This document shows, piece after piece, positions 20,388 to 30,408 of a DNA stretch of 64,000 nucleotides. Both the position numbers and the translations under genes were made by a program. The notes under the pieces are model-generated. The model made no database searches. It was not told where the DNA came from and saw nothing but the letters and a program-made list of their open reading frames with translations. Source of the stretch: an uncultured Acidimicrobiales bacterium (GTDB lineage Bacteria; Actinomycetota; Acidimicrobiia; Acidimicrobiales; UBA10347); assembly GCA_937991435.1 (NCBI GenBank), contig CALKPY010000023.1, positions 1,434 through 65,433 of the forward strand, read 5' to 3'. How positions within the stretch are numbered: position 1 is the stretch's first letter; the number at the start of each line of letters is the position of its first letter.

Positions 20388-21424
20388 AGATCCTCGTCAC
20401 CGGCGGCCGCGGATTCATTGGTTCCGCAGTTGTTCGCCATCTCATTGGCACGACCGATCACGAAGTCGTCGTGCTCGACAAACTCACCTATGCGGCGACC
20501 GAGGGCAGTGTCGCTGCGGTGGCCGACAACCCTCGATACCGGTTTGAGCAAGCTGACATTTGTGACCTTGGCGCACTGCACACCGTTTTTGAAAAGCATG
20601 CGCCCGATGCCGTAATGCATCTGGCCGCCGAGTCTCACGTGGACCGTTCAATCGATGGACCAGCCGACTTCATAGCGACGAACGTCGTCGGAACCTGCAA
20701 CATGCTCGAAGCCGCGCGCAAGGCCAGCGTGCAGCGCTTCCACCACGTCAGCACCGATGAGGTCTACGGATCGCTCAGCCACAATGATCCTGCCTTTGTT
20801 GAAACAACGCCCTATGACCCTCGTTCGCCGTATTCCGCAAGCAAAGCAGCGAGTGATCACCTGGTCCGAGCCTGGGGCGAGACCTACGACCTGCCTGTAG
20901 TCATCACCAACTGCTCGAACAACTATGGCCCATTTCATTTTCCCGAGAAGCTGATTCCGCTCGTGACAATTCGAGCGCTGGCGGGCGATCGCCTTCCGGT
21001 ATACGGCCGCGGCGACAACATTCGCGATTGGTTGTACGTCGACGATCACGCATCGGCGCTTGTAGCAGTGCTCGAGCGCGGGACTGTTGGCGAGACCTAC
21101 AACATCGGCGGCAACGAAGAGCGCACGAACCTTCAAGTCGTGGAACAACTTTGCGATCTCGTCGATGAACTGGCCGGACCGCTCGATGGGGTCGCATCGC
21201 GCCGTGAACTCATCGACTTTGTTGCCGACCGTCCCGGGCACGACCTGCGCTATGCGATCGATCAAACCAAGATTGCGTCAGAACTCAAGTGGCAACCATC
21301 GTTGAGTTTTGACCAGGGGCTTCGTCAGACCGTGCAGTGGTACCTCGACAACGAGTCGTGGTGGCGCCCGCTCGTCGACGGCACCGCTACCGAGCGGCGG
21401 GGCCTCCGCGACAACGACGCCTGA
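20384..21424 (+). CDS. rmlB: dTDP-glucose 4,6-dehydratase
   Basis: [24 protein letters not shown] and [14 protein letters not shown]. Confidence 0.97.
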   Translation: MKILVTGGRGFIGSAVVRHLIGTTDHEVVVLDKLTYAATEGSVAAVADNPRYRFEQADICDLGALHTVFEKHAPDAVMHLAAESHVDRSIDGPADFIATNVVGTCNMLEAARKASVQRFHHVSTDEVYGSLSHNDPAFVETTPYDPRSPYSASKAASDHLVRAWGETYDLPVVITNCSNNYGPFHFPEKLIPLVTIRALAGDRLPVYGRGDNIRDWLYVDDHASALVAVLERGTVGETYNIGGNEERTNLQVVEQLCDLVDELAGPLDGVASRRELIDFVADRPGHDLRYAIDQTKIASELKWQPSLSFDQGLRQTVQWYLDNESWWRPLVDGTATERRGLRDNDA

Positions 21425-21981
21425 TGCAGGTCAAGCCAACCCAACTCGCCGAGGTCATCGAGCTGACCCCTACACGTCACGGCGATCACCGTGGCTGGTT
21501 CGCCGAAACCTGGAACACTCGCCGGGGTCTCGAAGCTGGCATTGATATCACGTGGGTACAAGACAACGAGTCCTTGTCTGCTGAGCAAGGCACGGTTCGC
21601 GGTCTTCACTTCCAGATGGCGCCCTCAGCGCAGGACAAGCTCATCCGGGTTCTCGATGGGCGTATCGCTGACGTTGCCGTCGACCTGCGTCGCAGCTCAG
21701 CCACATTCGGTCACCATGTACTCGTCGAGCTCAACGCCGAACTCGGAAACCAGCTGTTCGTTCCCAAAGGCTTCGCTCACGGGTTCTGCACCCTCGAACC
21801 GAACACCCGCGTCGCGTACAAGACCAGCGGTTACTACGACCCAGAACGAGACGTTGGCCTTAGGTGGAACGATCCCGATCTTGGCATTACGTGGCCAGTC
21901 GGCGAGGGGCACGCAGTCGTGTCAGCCAAAGATGGCGAAACACCGCTGTTAGCCGACGCCCAGCACCTGCTGTTCGACTAA
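21424..21981 (+). CDS. rmlC: dTDP-4-dehydrorhamnose 3,5-epimerase
   Basis: DHRGWFAE, VQDNES, GTVRGLHFQ and GFAHGFCTL. TGATG coupling to rmlB. Confidence 0.95.
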   Translation: MQVKPTQLAEVIELTPTRHGDHRGWFAETWNTRRGLEAGIDITWVQDNESLSAEQGTVRGLHFQMAPSAQDKLIRVLDGRIADVAVDLRRSSATFGHHVLVELNAELGNQLFVPKGFAHGFCTLEPNTRVAYKTSGYYDPERDVGLRWNDPDLGITWPVGEGHAVVSAKDGETPLLADAQHLLFD

Positions 21982-22820
21982 CGCAACCGAGCCGCAACAG
22001 CCTCGGCGAGCGGTTCACGGAAATCTCGCAACGGGGTATACGCCAGATCGAATCGCGTGTTCGCCAACTCCGAATTTGCGGGCCGAGCAGCGGGCCGGGG
22101 CGGATCGAGGTCGGCCGTCGAAATGGGCAGCACACGGCCCGGGTCTTGGCCGGCCGCCGACGCTACATGCTGCGCGAATTCGAACCACGACGTCGCACCG
22201 CTGTTCGTCACATGGAACAGGCCCGAAGCCCGATCGAGCGCTACGAGACGCACCGCCTGCGCAAGGTCTCGGGTAAATGTGGGTCTTCCTCGCTGATCAT
22301 CGACAAAGCGCAACTCAGCATGAGTATTGAGCAGCCGCAACACCGTCGCAGCCATGTTGCCGTCGTGTTCGCTGCAGACCCAGCTTGTGCGAATCACTGT
22401 CGCGTTCTCGCCGGCCGCTGCCTCGCCAGCAAGTTTCGACGCCCCGTACACGCTTTTCGGGTTCGTCAGATCAGTCTCCAGATAGGCGCCAGCCTTGTCC
22501 CCGTCGAACACGTAATCGGTTGAGATCTGCACCAATTGCGCACCGATCGCCGACGACGCTTCCGCAAGGAAGCCCACCGCATGGGCATTGACCCGGTAGG
22601 CGCGCTCAGGATCAGCTTCGCAGTCGTCAACCGCTGTCCACGCGGCACAGTTCACGATCACATCAGGCGCGCAATCTTGCACGACTGCAGCGACGGCACG
22701 CTGGTCGGCGATATCCAAGCCATGTCGTGTCAGCGCAGTGACCTCGTCGCCACTGGCCATGCAATGTGTAACCAGGTCTCGGCCCAGCTGGCCAGCGGCA
22801 CCTGTGATCATCACTCGCAT
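21978..22820 (-). CDS. rmlD: dTDP-4-dehydrorhamnose reductase
   Basis: [28 protein letters not shown] and RPANS. Confidence 0.95.
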   Translation of the reverse strand: MRVMITGAAGQLGRDLVTHCMASGDEVTALTRHGLDIADQRAVAAVVQDCAPDVIVNCAAWTAVDDCEADPERAYRVNAHAVGFLAEASSAIGAQLVQISTDYVFDGDKAGAYLETDLTNPKSVYGASKLAGEAAAGENATVIRTSWVCSEHDGNMAATVLRLLNTHAELRFVDDQRGRPTFTRDLAQAVRLVALDRASGLFHVTNSGATSWFEFAQHVASAAGQDPGRVLPISTADLDPPRPAARPANSELANTRFDLAYTPLRDFREPLAEAVAARLR

Positions 22821-22947
22821 AGCCGACAAGGTAACGAAGGGCGCCGATCAGGCCACCGAAACAGTGCTGATACTCTCGACGAGTGGCAATCCAAGTTCTG
22901 ATCTCAACGGTGAAGAGCGTCAGGCCGACCGCCGTCCGCGCGCGACC

Positions 22948-23946
22948 ATGACGACAGCGTTTATCACTGGTATCACAGGTCAAGACGGTTCGTACCTGAC
23001 TGAGCTATTGCTCAGCAAGGGCTACGAAGTGCACGGGCTCATTCGGCGTTCGTCGTCGGAAACTCATCTCAGCCGGTTAGCCCATCTGCCGTCGGACGCC
23101 AATCTCTACCTGCACCATGGCGACCTTGGCGACAGCGGGGTTCTCGCCCGGCTCGTGCACGAGATCGAGCCCGACGAGGTCTATAACCTCGCCGCACAAT
23201 CCGACGTCAAGTTGAGCTTTGACATACCAGAATTCACCGCCGATGTGACCGGCACCGGCACGCTGCGCCTGCTCGAAGCCGTTCGGTTGCATTCGCCTAA
23301 TGCACGTTTCTACCAAGCGTCATCTTCGGAGATGTTCGGCGCTACGCCGCCACCCCAGAGCGAACAAACACGCTTCCACCCTCGTTCGCCCTATGCCGCC
23401 GCGAAAGTGATGGCGCACAACCTGACCGTCAATTATCGAGAGGGTTACGGCCTCTTCGCGGCAAGCGGCATCTTGTTCAATCACGAAAGCCCGCGACGCG
23501 GCGAACTGTTCGTTACTCGCAAGATCACAAAGGCAGTTGCGCGAATCAAACACGGCCTACAAGACGATGTGGCCCTTGGCAATCTCGACGCCAAACGCGA
23601 CTGGGGTTTCGCTGGCGACTACGTCGAGGCGATGTGGCGCATGCTGCAACACGATGCGCCTGATGACTTCGTGATAGCCACAGGCGAGGCGAAGAGCGTT
23701 CGCGACTTCTGTAAAGCTGCCTTTGGGCACGTCGATCTTGACTGGGAAGCACACGTTCGTATTGACCCACAGTGGTTCCGGCCCGCAGAGGTCGACTACC
23801 TACTTGGCGATCCAACCAAGGCAAAAACCGAACTCGGGTGGAATCCGACTGTGGGCTTTCTTGAGCTTGTGGCAATGATGGTCGACGCCGACCTTGTGCT
23901 GGCAGAAGCCGAGGCAGCATTTGCTGCGGTCGCAACAAACCCGTGA
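22948..23946 (+). CDS. gmd: GDP-mannose 4,6-dehydratase
   Basis: [37 protein letters not shown] and KRDWG. Confidence 0.95.
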   Translation: MTTAFITGITGQDGSYLTELLLSKGYEVHGLIRRSSSETHLSRLAHLPSDANLYLHHGDLGDSGVLARLVHEIEPDEVYNLAAQSDVKLSFDIPEFTADVTGTGTLRLLEAVRLHSPNARFYQASSSEMFGATPPPQSEQTRFHPRSPYAAAKVMAHNLTVNYREGYGLFAASGILFNHESPRRGELFVTRKITKAVARIKHGLQDDVALGNLDAKRDWGFAGDYVEAMWRMLQHDAPDDFVIATGEAKSVRDFCKAAFGHVDLDWEAHVRIDPQWFRPAEVDYLLGDPTKAKTELGWNPTVGFLELVAMMVDADLVLAEAEAAFAAVATNP

Positions 23947-24028
23947 AAACGTTTTGTCGATCGTTGCGGTCGATCGATTTACATTTTCAATGCGTCGACC
24001 AGTCGGGCCGAGGTCGCTGACCGCTCGC

Positions 24029-26329
24029 TTAACTTGATGCCAGTTCTGCGTCGACGTTGGATCGAACTTCGCCACTGACCACACCAATTGGCATGCTCTG
24101 AGGGCATGCCCGATTTGAATAGCACTCCGTCACATAGCCCGAGCGCGTGAACTGGATTCGGTAGTTCGACGCGACCAATCCGGTCAGGACATATTCGCCG
24201 GCACTGTTGGTCAACGTGCACGCCTGTGCACCAATGCCCGGAATGGCGCAGACCTGCACACTGTCGAGCGCCGATCCGTTCAAGGTTCTCACGGTGCCCG
24301 TGATCGTTCCGAGACTGAGAACCGGACCTGGAGTTGGCCCAACCACAGTCGCAACGGCGGTGGGCGGCACAGGAGTCGGGGGCGTAACGACGACGCCAGC
24401 GGGTGAAAGCGCAGCTGTAACTCCAGAAACGCTCTGATTCGATGTCAATCCGATCGGCGACGCCTGGTCACAACTCGCTTCGTACCAACACTCAACGGTG
24501 TACCCATCAGCAAAGAACTGCAAAAGGTAATTCCCTGTTGCAAGACTCGACACCACGAAGTCTCCATTGCCGTTGGTACGTGCGCAGGTGAAGGCTTCAA
24601 AGACAACGTTGATCGCGCACACGTCAGCGCTTGCAATCGGGCTTCCGAAATCGTCGGTCACACGACCGGCGATCGAACCGCCGCCAGATCCAGGCACAGG
24701 CGTGGTCGTCGGCACCACGGGAATTGGTGTCGCGGTCGCAACCACAACTGTCGTGTTCGTCGGAGTTGGGGTGCTTGTTGGAATCGCTGTGCTCGTTGGA
24801 GTCACCGTCGGCGAGGTGCCCCCGGCGGGAAACAGACTGGTGTCGAGGCCGGACCGCATCTCGGGCACGATGAGACCAATCACGCTCGGGCTCGCGCACG
24901 ACGAGTTGCGGTAGCACCGAGGTGCCCACTGCCCGGCAGGGTCGCTGAATTCCAGGTAGTAGTTGCCTGAGTTGAGACCAACAATCAGGTACGCGCCGTT
25001 GCCATTGGTGATGGAACATTTCGACGCGCCAAACACCACACTCGTTGCACAAGCAACAATTCCACTAAGTGGGACACCCGACGTTGATGCCGTAATACGA
25101 CCCGCGACTCGTCCGTCGACCACGTTGGCGGTTGGGGTTGGCGTGGGTTGTGACGTGGCGGTCGGCGACGGGGTTGATGTCGGTTGCGGCGTCGACGTTG
25201 GCGTTGGCGTTGAGGTGGCCGTCGCAGTGGGGGTGGAGGGCGGCAGGCTCGGATACAAAATTTGCACACCTGTCTTGTCTCCAGCGCCCAGCACACGGTT
25301 GGTGTCGTTCGAGAAGATGGACCCGAACATGACCTGGCTGGAGCCGCTTTCGACATGGCTCAGCCCGAGCACATGACCGAACTCATGGAGCGCAACTGTC
25401 TCAACATCCCACGCATTACTCGCAGCGCCGATCGAACTCGCGTAGTCGCGATTCCAGACGATGTCGAAACCGATCAGCTTCGTGGGGTCCGATTCGAGCC
25501 AGTAGCTGTTGGTCTGCGCCAAGAAGGAATCCCCGGCGTTGGGGGTCGAGATCCAGGACACGACGTTGGTCGTGTCATAGCCAATTCCGGACAGGTTCGT
25601 CGTGCCGGCGTAGCGCAGATCGATATCTGTAGCAGGAACATTTTCCCAGGTCGCCACCGCGGCTTGGACTGCACTGATTGCGCCCGCTGGGGCACTCGAC
25701 GGATTGACCAGGTATGACACCGGCGGATCAAAGGATTCCCAGCTCCGGCCGCTGAGCACAAAGTACGGCTCCGCGTTTTCAGTAGCGGACCGAAGTTGCG
25801 GGGCATTGTCATCACCCAGCCACGCGGTGCCATCGTTGCCACCTACAACGGTGTAAACCTCAAGATCGTGGCCCCACGAATTGGCAATGGTCGCCGCCTC
25901 GGTCGACGGCGCGGCAACCAGTGCGAGCTGCACCTCGTCGCCCTGCCCGAAAGACGGTTGATTTGACACGAGGTGCACAAGTCCTTCGGGACTGATGCCA
26001 CCGGGGGTTTCGATCAACAGACGCTCCGGCGAGCTGCCGACGACATTTCTGTCGACTTCGATCTCATGAACCGTATGCATACCGGTAGTCGTCGTGATGG
26101 TCACCGAATCTGAAACCACGCGAGCGTTGACGACGGTCGACGCTCGAATCATGGCCGGGTCCGAGATGAGAATCGAATCTGCGGTACCCGATGCCTGCGC
26201 GGCCCCTGCTTCTGCGGTTGGAATCGCTGCTGCGATCATCGCCAAGATGACAACGCAAGCGACGAGCCCTGCAACTCGAGCGGTTGTCGATAACCGACTG
26301 ATTCCCGATTTCGTGCCTACTACGTTCAT
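24029..26329 (-). CDS. Secreted matrixin-like (metzincin) metalloprotease with three carboxypeptidase-regulatory-like beta-sandwich repeats
   Basis: Signal peptide, HEFGHVLGLSH and Met-turn VMF. PT-rich linkers separate three Cys-containing repeats (VCA..C..TN..G.Y...GL..GNY). Confidence 0.85.
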   Translation of the reverse strand: MNVVGTKSGISRLSTTARVAGLVACVVILAMIAAAIPTAEAGAAQASGTADSILISDPAMIRASTVVNARVVSDSVTITTTTGMHTVHEIEVDRNVVGSSPERLLIETPGGISPEGLVHLVSNQPSFGQGDEVQLALVAAPSTEAATIANSWGHDLEVYTVVGGNDGTAWLGDDNAPQLRSATENAEPYFVLSGRSWESFDPPVSYLVNPSSAPAGAISAVQAAVATWENVPATDIDLRYAGTTNLSGIGYDTTNVVSWISTPNAGDSFLAQTNSYWLESDPTKLIGFDIVWNRDYASSIGAASNAWDVETVALHEFGHVLGLSHVESGSSQVMFGSIFSNDTNRVLGAGDKTGVQILYPSLPPSTPTATATSTPTPTSTPQPTSTPSPTATSQPTPTPTANVVDGRVAGRITASTSGVPLSGIVACATSVVFGASKCSITNGNGAYLIVGLNSGNYYLEFSDPAGQWAPRCYRNSSCASPSVIGLIVPEMRSGLDTSLFPAGGTSPTVTPTSTAIPTSTPTPTNTTVVVATATPIPVVPTTTPVPGSGGGSIAGRVTDDFGSPIASADVCAINVVFEAFTCARTNGNGDFVVSSLATGNYLLQFFADGYTVECWYEASCDQASPIGLTSNQSVSGVTAALSPAGVVVTPPTPVPPTAVATVVGPTPGPVLSLGTITGTVRTLNGSALDSVQVCAIPGIGAQACTLTNSAGEYVLTGLVASNYRIQFTRSGYVTECYSNRACPQSMPIGVVSGEVRSNVDAELASS

Positions 26330-26411
26330 TGTCAACCTTGCTTTTGAGCTGCGTTAACCCTAGGAATCAAATTGCGAACTACGCCGATCCGTGCGTCAGC
26401 AATTCTGCAAT

Positions 26412-28784
26412 TCAGCAATACGGATTAGGGATACCTACGACACACTGCATCATGTAGGCAGCGTCGCTGACGTCGATCTCGCCACTTTGGTCCACGTCGG
26501 CTGGTGCTGCATTGATGTCGACGGCGACCGACCCAATTGGGCAAGAAGCAACATCGTTGCGCAGACCAACGATGTACGCCATCGTCGTGCTCACATCAAC
26601 AATCGTGAGCTGCCCGTCGCACGTCACATCGCCAGGAACTGCTCCGCCGAGATTGACATTCGACGTGGTGTCGGTGGGAGCAGCAAGCACGACCGCAGCA
26701 TTGAGATCTGGGGCCGACCCGCCAGACGGGTCGACTGTGTCCATTGTGTAGTTGTCGCTCACGATGGGGCCAATCGACCACGATCCGTCAGAGGCAGCAA
26801 TGGTGCACGTCTCGACACCGGTGCGCTGAGCGGTAACGCAAACCTCAGCGCCTGGAACAACGGCCCCACCTGAAGTGACGGTTCCCACGAAGTTTGCGGT
26901 TGGCATAGCCGGCGTCAACCCGCTCGAGCCTTGGTCGATCGGCGCGTTGCCGAAGACTGATTCCCACCGCCACTCGTAACCATCAGGCTGTAGCCAGAGC
27001 TGCAAGACACCGAAGTCGTCGATGCCCGCATCGAAAAACCCGGTGAAATCAGACTCTGGAGCAGTTCGACCCTGATCACGACGGGGGAACGTACCGCCGC
27101 TGCCGATAATGAATTCGCGTGTGCCGTACACCGGGTCGCGGTCACCCCAGTAGTCGAGCTGCGCATAGCGTTCGTAGTGGTGTTCGTGACCATGCAACGT
27201 GAGTTCCACGCCGTACTCGGTGAGCGCACGCCACAGCGGCATCGTGTACTCGTGATCGCTGTAGTGGTTGGCGGTAAACGGAGGATGGTGAAAGAACGCA
27301 AGAATGTTCTTGTCCTTGTTGGCCTCGAGATCAGCTCGTAGCCAGATTTCTTGTGGCGAGCCAACCGCGCAACCGCCACCGTTGGCGTCGCTCGAACCCG
27401 GAAGCGCTTCGAATCCGTTGTTGCAGTCGCTGTCGAGCCCAATGGCGTGCCAGTTTTCGTCAATGTCAAACGAGTACCACAGGCCATCGTTCGCCCCGGC
27501 CGATCCGCCCACTCTGGAGCCTGCGGCATTGCCGAAATACTGGCGGTACCCCGCAGCATTTGGCGAGGTGTAGTGCTCGTGGTTTCCCGGAGATGGCCAG
27601 ATGGAATCGATGTGGCGACCGATCGACGGTTCAAAGCAATCGGTGAACTCCTGGAACGTGCCCGACCCATACGCAAGATCGCCAAGACCGATAAAGATTC
27701 CTGCATCGGTGTCCCAAAGTGAATCCATCTGCTCGGCAACAGCTTCGTCGCCAAAGAAGCTGCACTGGGCCATGTCGCCAGCGGTGAGCACGTACGAGCC
27801 TTCACGGGCGTCGCTCTCTGCGCCGCCGGTGGACTCACCGGTAAGTTCGAGTTGGAAACTGATATCGGAGCTGGTTGAGCTGTGTTGGTGTACTTCGACG
27901 GCGATGAGGTTGTCTCCCGCGTTGAAGCTGCTCGTTGGCAGTGTGTAGCCAACGGTCTGTTCGCTACTGCTGTCGGCGCGAGTGTTGTAGTTGATATTGC
28001 CGCCAGGCATGTTTGACCGCGCAAACTCCACGCCATTGATGTAGATGACTGAACCGTCGTCGCGGAGTATGTCAAGGGTGAACTCATCGAACACCGACGG
28101 GTCAGCGATAGTAAAGCTATGGCGGAAGTAGGTCGTGATGACTTTTTCGCCTTGGTAAAACTCATAGGTGACTGTGGCTTCATCGCCATCGCCGTAGCCG
28201 AGCTCGGCTTGACCCGATGGCCAACCGTTGGTGCTATATCCAACTTCGTACCAGTCGATAGGCCCCTGGTTAGCCGGCTCGGCGCCGTAGTCGAACCATC
28301 GCCAAGTGGCGTTTGGCGGAACGAATATCTGGCCGCCGCCAGCACTAGCACCGGCGTCAACATTGATCGTCTGAACAGCGGCGGTAGTCGCGCTCCCAGC
28401 ATTGTCAATGGCCGTTGCGAACACGTCATAGGTGCCATCACCGAGTTGCAGAGGCACGCGCCACGAGACCGCTGGATCTCCGAGCGGGGGTCGCAACCCG
28501 GTAAACGCGGCGATATCGGCAGGCGCTCCAGCCAGCGAGAAATCGGGCTGTACCCACAAGCCGGAACCAACATCTTTGACCGTGATCGAAACCGAGGCGA
28601 TGCCCGATGGCGCACTTGCGCTTCCCGAAATGACGACCGCCGGCCCGACATACAGCCCGCCCGGGGCGATCGAGACATCGATCACTGTCGCTTGCGCTGC
28701 TGCATTGGGAATTGCAACTGCCGACAACATCGAGATGACGGCGAGAAACGCGCCGACAATTATGACCTTGTGCTTCATCGTCAT
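26412..28784 (-). CDS. Secreted metallophosphoesterase (purple acid phosphatase-like) with Ig-like modules and a C-terminal dockerin-like domain
   Basis: AGD, GDLAY, GNHE, FHHP and GHEHHYER motifs. The C-terminus has duplicated GDVTCDGQLTIVD / ADVDQSGEIDVSD loops. Confidence 0.8.
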   Translation of the reverse strand: MTMKHKVIIVGAFLAVISMLSAVAIPNAAAQATVIDVSIAPGGLYVGPAVVISGSASAPSGIASVSITVKDVGSGLWVQPDFSLAGAPADIAAFTGLRPPLGDPAVSWRVPLQLGDGTYDVFATAIDNAGSATTAAVQTINVDAGASAGGGQIFVPPNATWRWFDYGAEPANQGPIDWYEVGYSTNGWPSGQAELGYGDGDEATVTYEFYQGEKVITTYFRHSFTIADPSVFDEFTLDILRDDGSVIYINGVEFARSNMPGGNINYNTRADSSSEQTVGYTLPTSSFNAGDNLIAVEVHQHSSTSSDISFQLELTGESTGGAESDAREGSYVLTAGDMAQCSFFGDEAVAEQMDSLWDTDAGIFIGLGDLAYGSGTFQEFTDCFEPSIGRHIDSIWPSPGNHEHYTSPNAAGYRQYFGNAAGSRVGGSAGANDGLWYSFDIDENWHAIGLDSDCNNGFEALPGSSDANGGGCAVGSPQEIWLRADLEANKDKNILAFFHHPPFTANHYSDHEYTMPLWRALTEYGVELTLHGHEHHYERYAQLDYWGDRDPVYGTREFIIGSGGTFPRRDQGRTAPESDFTGFFDAGIDDFGVLQLWLQPDGYEWRWESVFGNAPIDQGSSGLTPAMPTANFVGTVTSGGAVVPGAEVCVTAQRTGVETCTIAASDGSWSIGPIVSDNYTMDTVDPSGGSAPDLNAAVVLAAPTDTTSNVNLGGAVPGDVTCDGQLTIVDVSTTMAYIVGLRNDVASCPIGSVAVDINAAPADVDQSGEIDVSDAAYMMQCVVGIPNPYC

Positions 28785-28997
28785 CTCCAAGCCCTTACGG
28801 AACGACAATTGTGAACTACCAACGCTACGCAGACCTGGATCGTTACTTGTGGCTTCGGGCACAATTGCCCAACAACTCGGATCCAAGCACAGTTTGACAC
28901 GGCACCTCGAAAGACCAGGAATGTCGTCAACGAGCGCAACGTTGTTTAGGGTCCCATACTCAATGGGCCATCACAACACGATCCCAAGGAGGGTCCC

Positions 28998-29639
28998 ATG
29001 GGCGTATTCGACTTCGTCAAAGACACCGGTTCAAAACTACTGAAGGGCGACAAGGACGAAAAGTTCGCCGCAGCGAGAGAGGCAGCCGAAACCGCCAAGC
29101 GCAAGGCGCAGACCAGCAGTACCGCAGGGAAGGCCCGCGAAACGGCCGCCAAAGCCAAGGCTGCAAGCTCGCGTCAGGCCGCCGAAGCAAAGAAAAAGGC
29201 TTCCGTTGCCAAAGACGCTGCGACAGAAAAGCAGACCGCAGCCCGCAAAGCCTTCAACGATCGCCGCAAAAACGCCAACAAAGCAGACGAACTCGAACAA
29301 TATGTGGCCAAGCTCGGCCTTGGCGATGACATCGACGTTCGCTACGACGGCAGCACAGTGTTCTTGTCAGGCAGCGTCGCTGATCAGGCAACCGCCGAGC
29401 GGGTCGTTCTTGCCGTGGGAAACGTCGAGGGCGTTGAGCGAGTCGATGAAGATCTCGAAATCGCTCAACCTGCAGACGCCGCCCAGATGTACACAGTCAA
29501 GGCCGGCGACAGCCTGTCGGCCATCGCCAAACAGGTCTACGGCGATGCCAATCGCTACAACGAGATTTTCGAAGCCAACCGACCAATGCTGAGCGACCCG
29601 AACCTCATCTATCCCGGTCAGGTCCTGCGGATCCCATAA
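28998..29639 (+). CDS. kbp: BON-LysM protein of the Kbp/YgaU family with an Ala/Lys-rich insertion
   Basis: MGVFDFVKDTGSKL N-terminus, AVGNVEGV and LysM YTVKAGDSLSAIAK...IYPGQVLRIP. AAGGAGG RBS. Confidence 0.85.
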   Translation: MGVFDFVKDTGSKLLKGDKDEKFAAAREAAETAKRKAQTSSTAGKARETAAKAKAASSRQAAEAKKKASVAKDAATEKQTAARKAFNDRRKNANKADELEQYVAKLGLGDDIDVRYDGSTVFLSGSVADQATAERVVLAVGNVEGVERVDEDLEIAQPADAAQMYTVKAGDSLSAIAKQVYGDANRYNEIFEANRPMLSDPNLIYPGQVLRIP

Positions 29640-29667
29640 CGACCAGCGCAACTGCAGATGTAATGGC

Positions 29668-29694
29668 GATCCCGCGGCAAGCTGCCGCGGGATC
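29668..29694. terminator. GC-rich hairpin between convergent genes (intrinsic terminator-like)
   Basis: Perfect 12-bp stem GATCCCGCGGCA-agc-TGCCGCGGGATC. Confidence 0.7.
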
Positions 29695-29720
29695 TTCGCG
29701 TGTCGACCAGGCTTTCTCGA

Positions 29721-30320
29721 TCAGACGCGTGCGTTGCGAATTGCTTCGCCGTGCTTTGCCAGCAGCGCTTTGCGAACAGCATCGAGATCGGTCACGTCTG
29801 ACGCCGCCGCTCCCCTAATCACCGCCAGTTGCACAATCGTGGTTCGGTCAGTGTCGAGTTCGTGCCATGCAGCGTCGGCCGCCGCGGCGACGCGAGCGCT
29901 GGCGTTGAGTTCTTCGCTGCGAGTTTTCGAGATACGCAACGAGTACTTCGTGGCCGACCGGTTGGCACCCGCGCTCGGCGCCACGTACGTGCCGTCTGGG
30001 CTTCCGCCCCACTTCCAACCGTGGTTGTTCGCCCACGTAGAGATCGTCAGATAGTGCACTGGCTTGCCGTTGTCGTTCGTCAGGTTCTCACGCCGCAGGG
30101 CGGCGGCAATTGCCTGGTAGCTGTTGCCGGCTGTGTCGGCAAAGAGAGCCTTGGCCCGCTTCTGCGTCGGAGACGTCGGCTCGATGTCAAGGCTGCGAGC
30201 TACTACGCCAACCGCTTCACGATCAAGTCCTACAAACTTGCTGATCTCGTTGATCGACTTACCTGCGTGCAACAAGACCGCAACGGTCGCCTTGTGGTCA
30301 TCGGAAAGTGGTGTACCCAT
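29721..30320 (-). CDS. Hypothetical protein with probable helix-turn-helix segments
   Basis: GKSINEISKFVGLDREAV and SYQAIAAAL...TISTWA. TACTCT-N6-ATG start. Confidence 0.6.
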   Translation of the reverse strand: MGTPLSDDHKATVAVLLHAGKSINEISKFVGLDREAVGVVARSLDIEPTSPTQKRAKALFADTAGNSYQAIAAALRRENLTNDNGKPVHYLTISTWANNHGWKWGGSPDGTYVAPSAGANRSATKYSLRISKTRSEELNASARVAAAADAAWHELDTDRTTIVQLAVIRGAAASDVTDLDAVRKALLAKHGEAIRNARV

Positions 30321-30408
30321 TTGGTCAGAGTATGTGAACAGACAACGTATTTCAGACTGTTGGTTTCAGCCTCTTGCTGAGGTCACCAGCGCCGCGGCCA
30401 CGGCCGCC

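Noticed and set aside
26915-28678. 587-aa same-strand alternative-frame ORF inside the phosphoesterase
   Set aside because: Its S/T/R/P-biased composition is what a frame shift of GC-rich codons produces. It has no motifs or translation signal. It is long, but unsupported.
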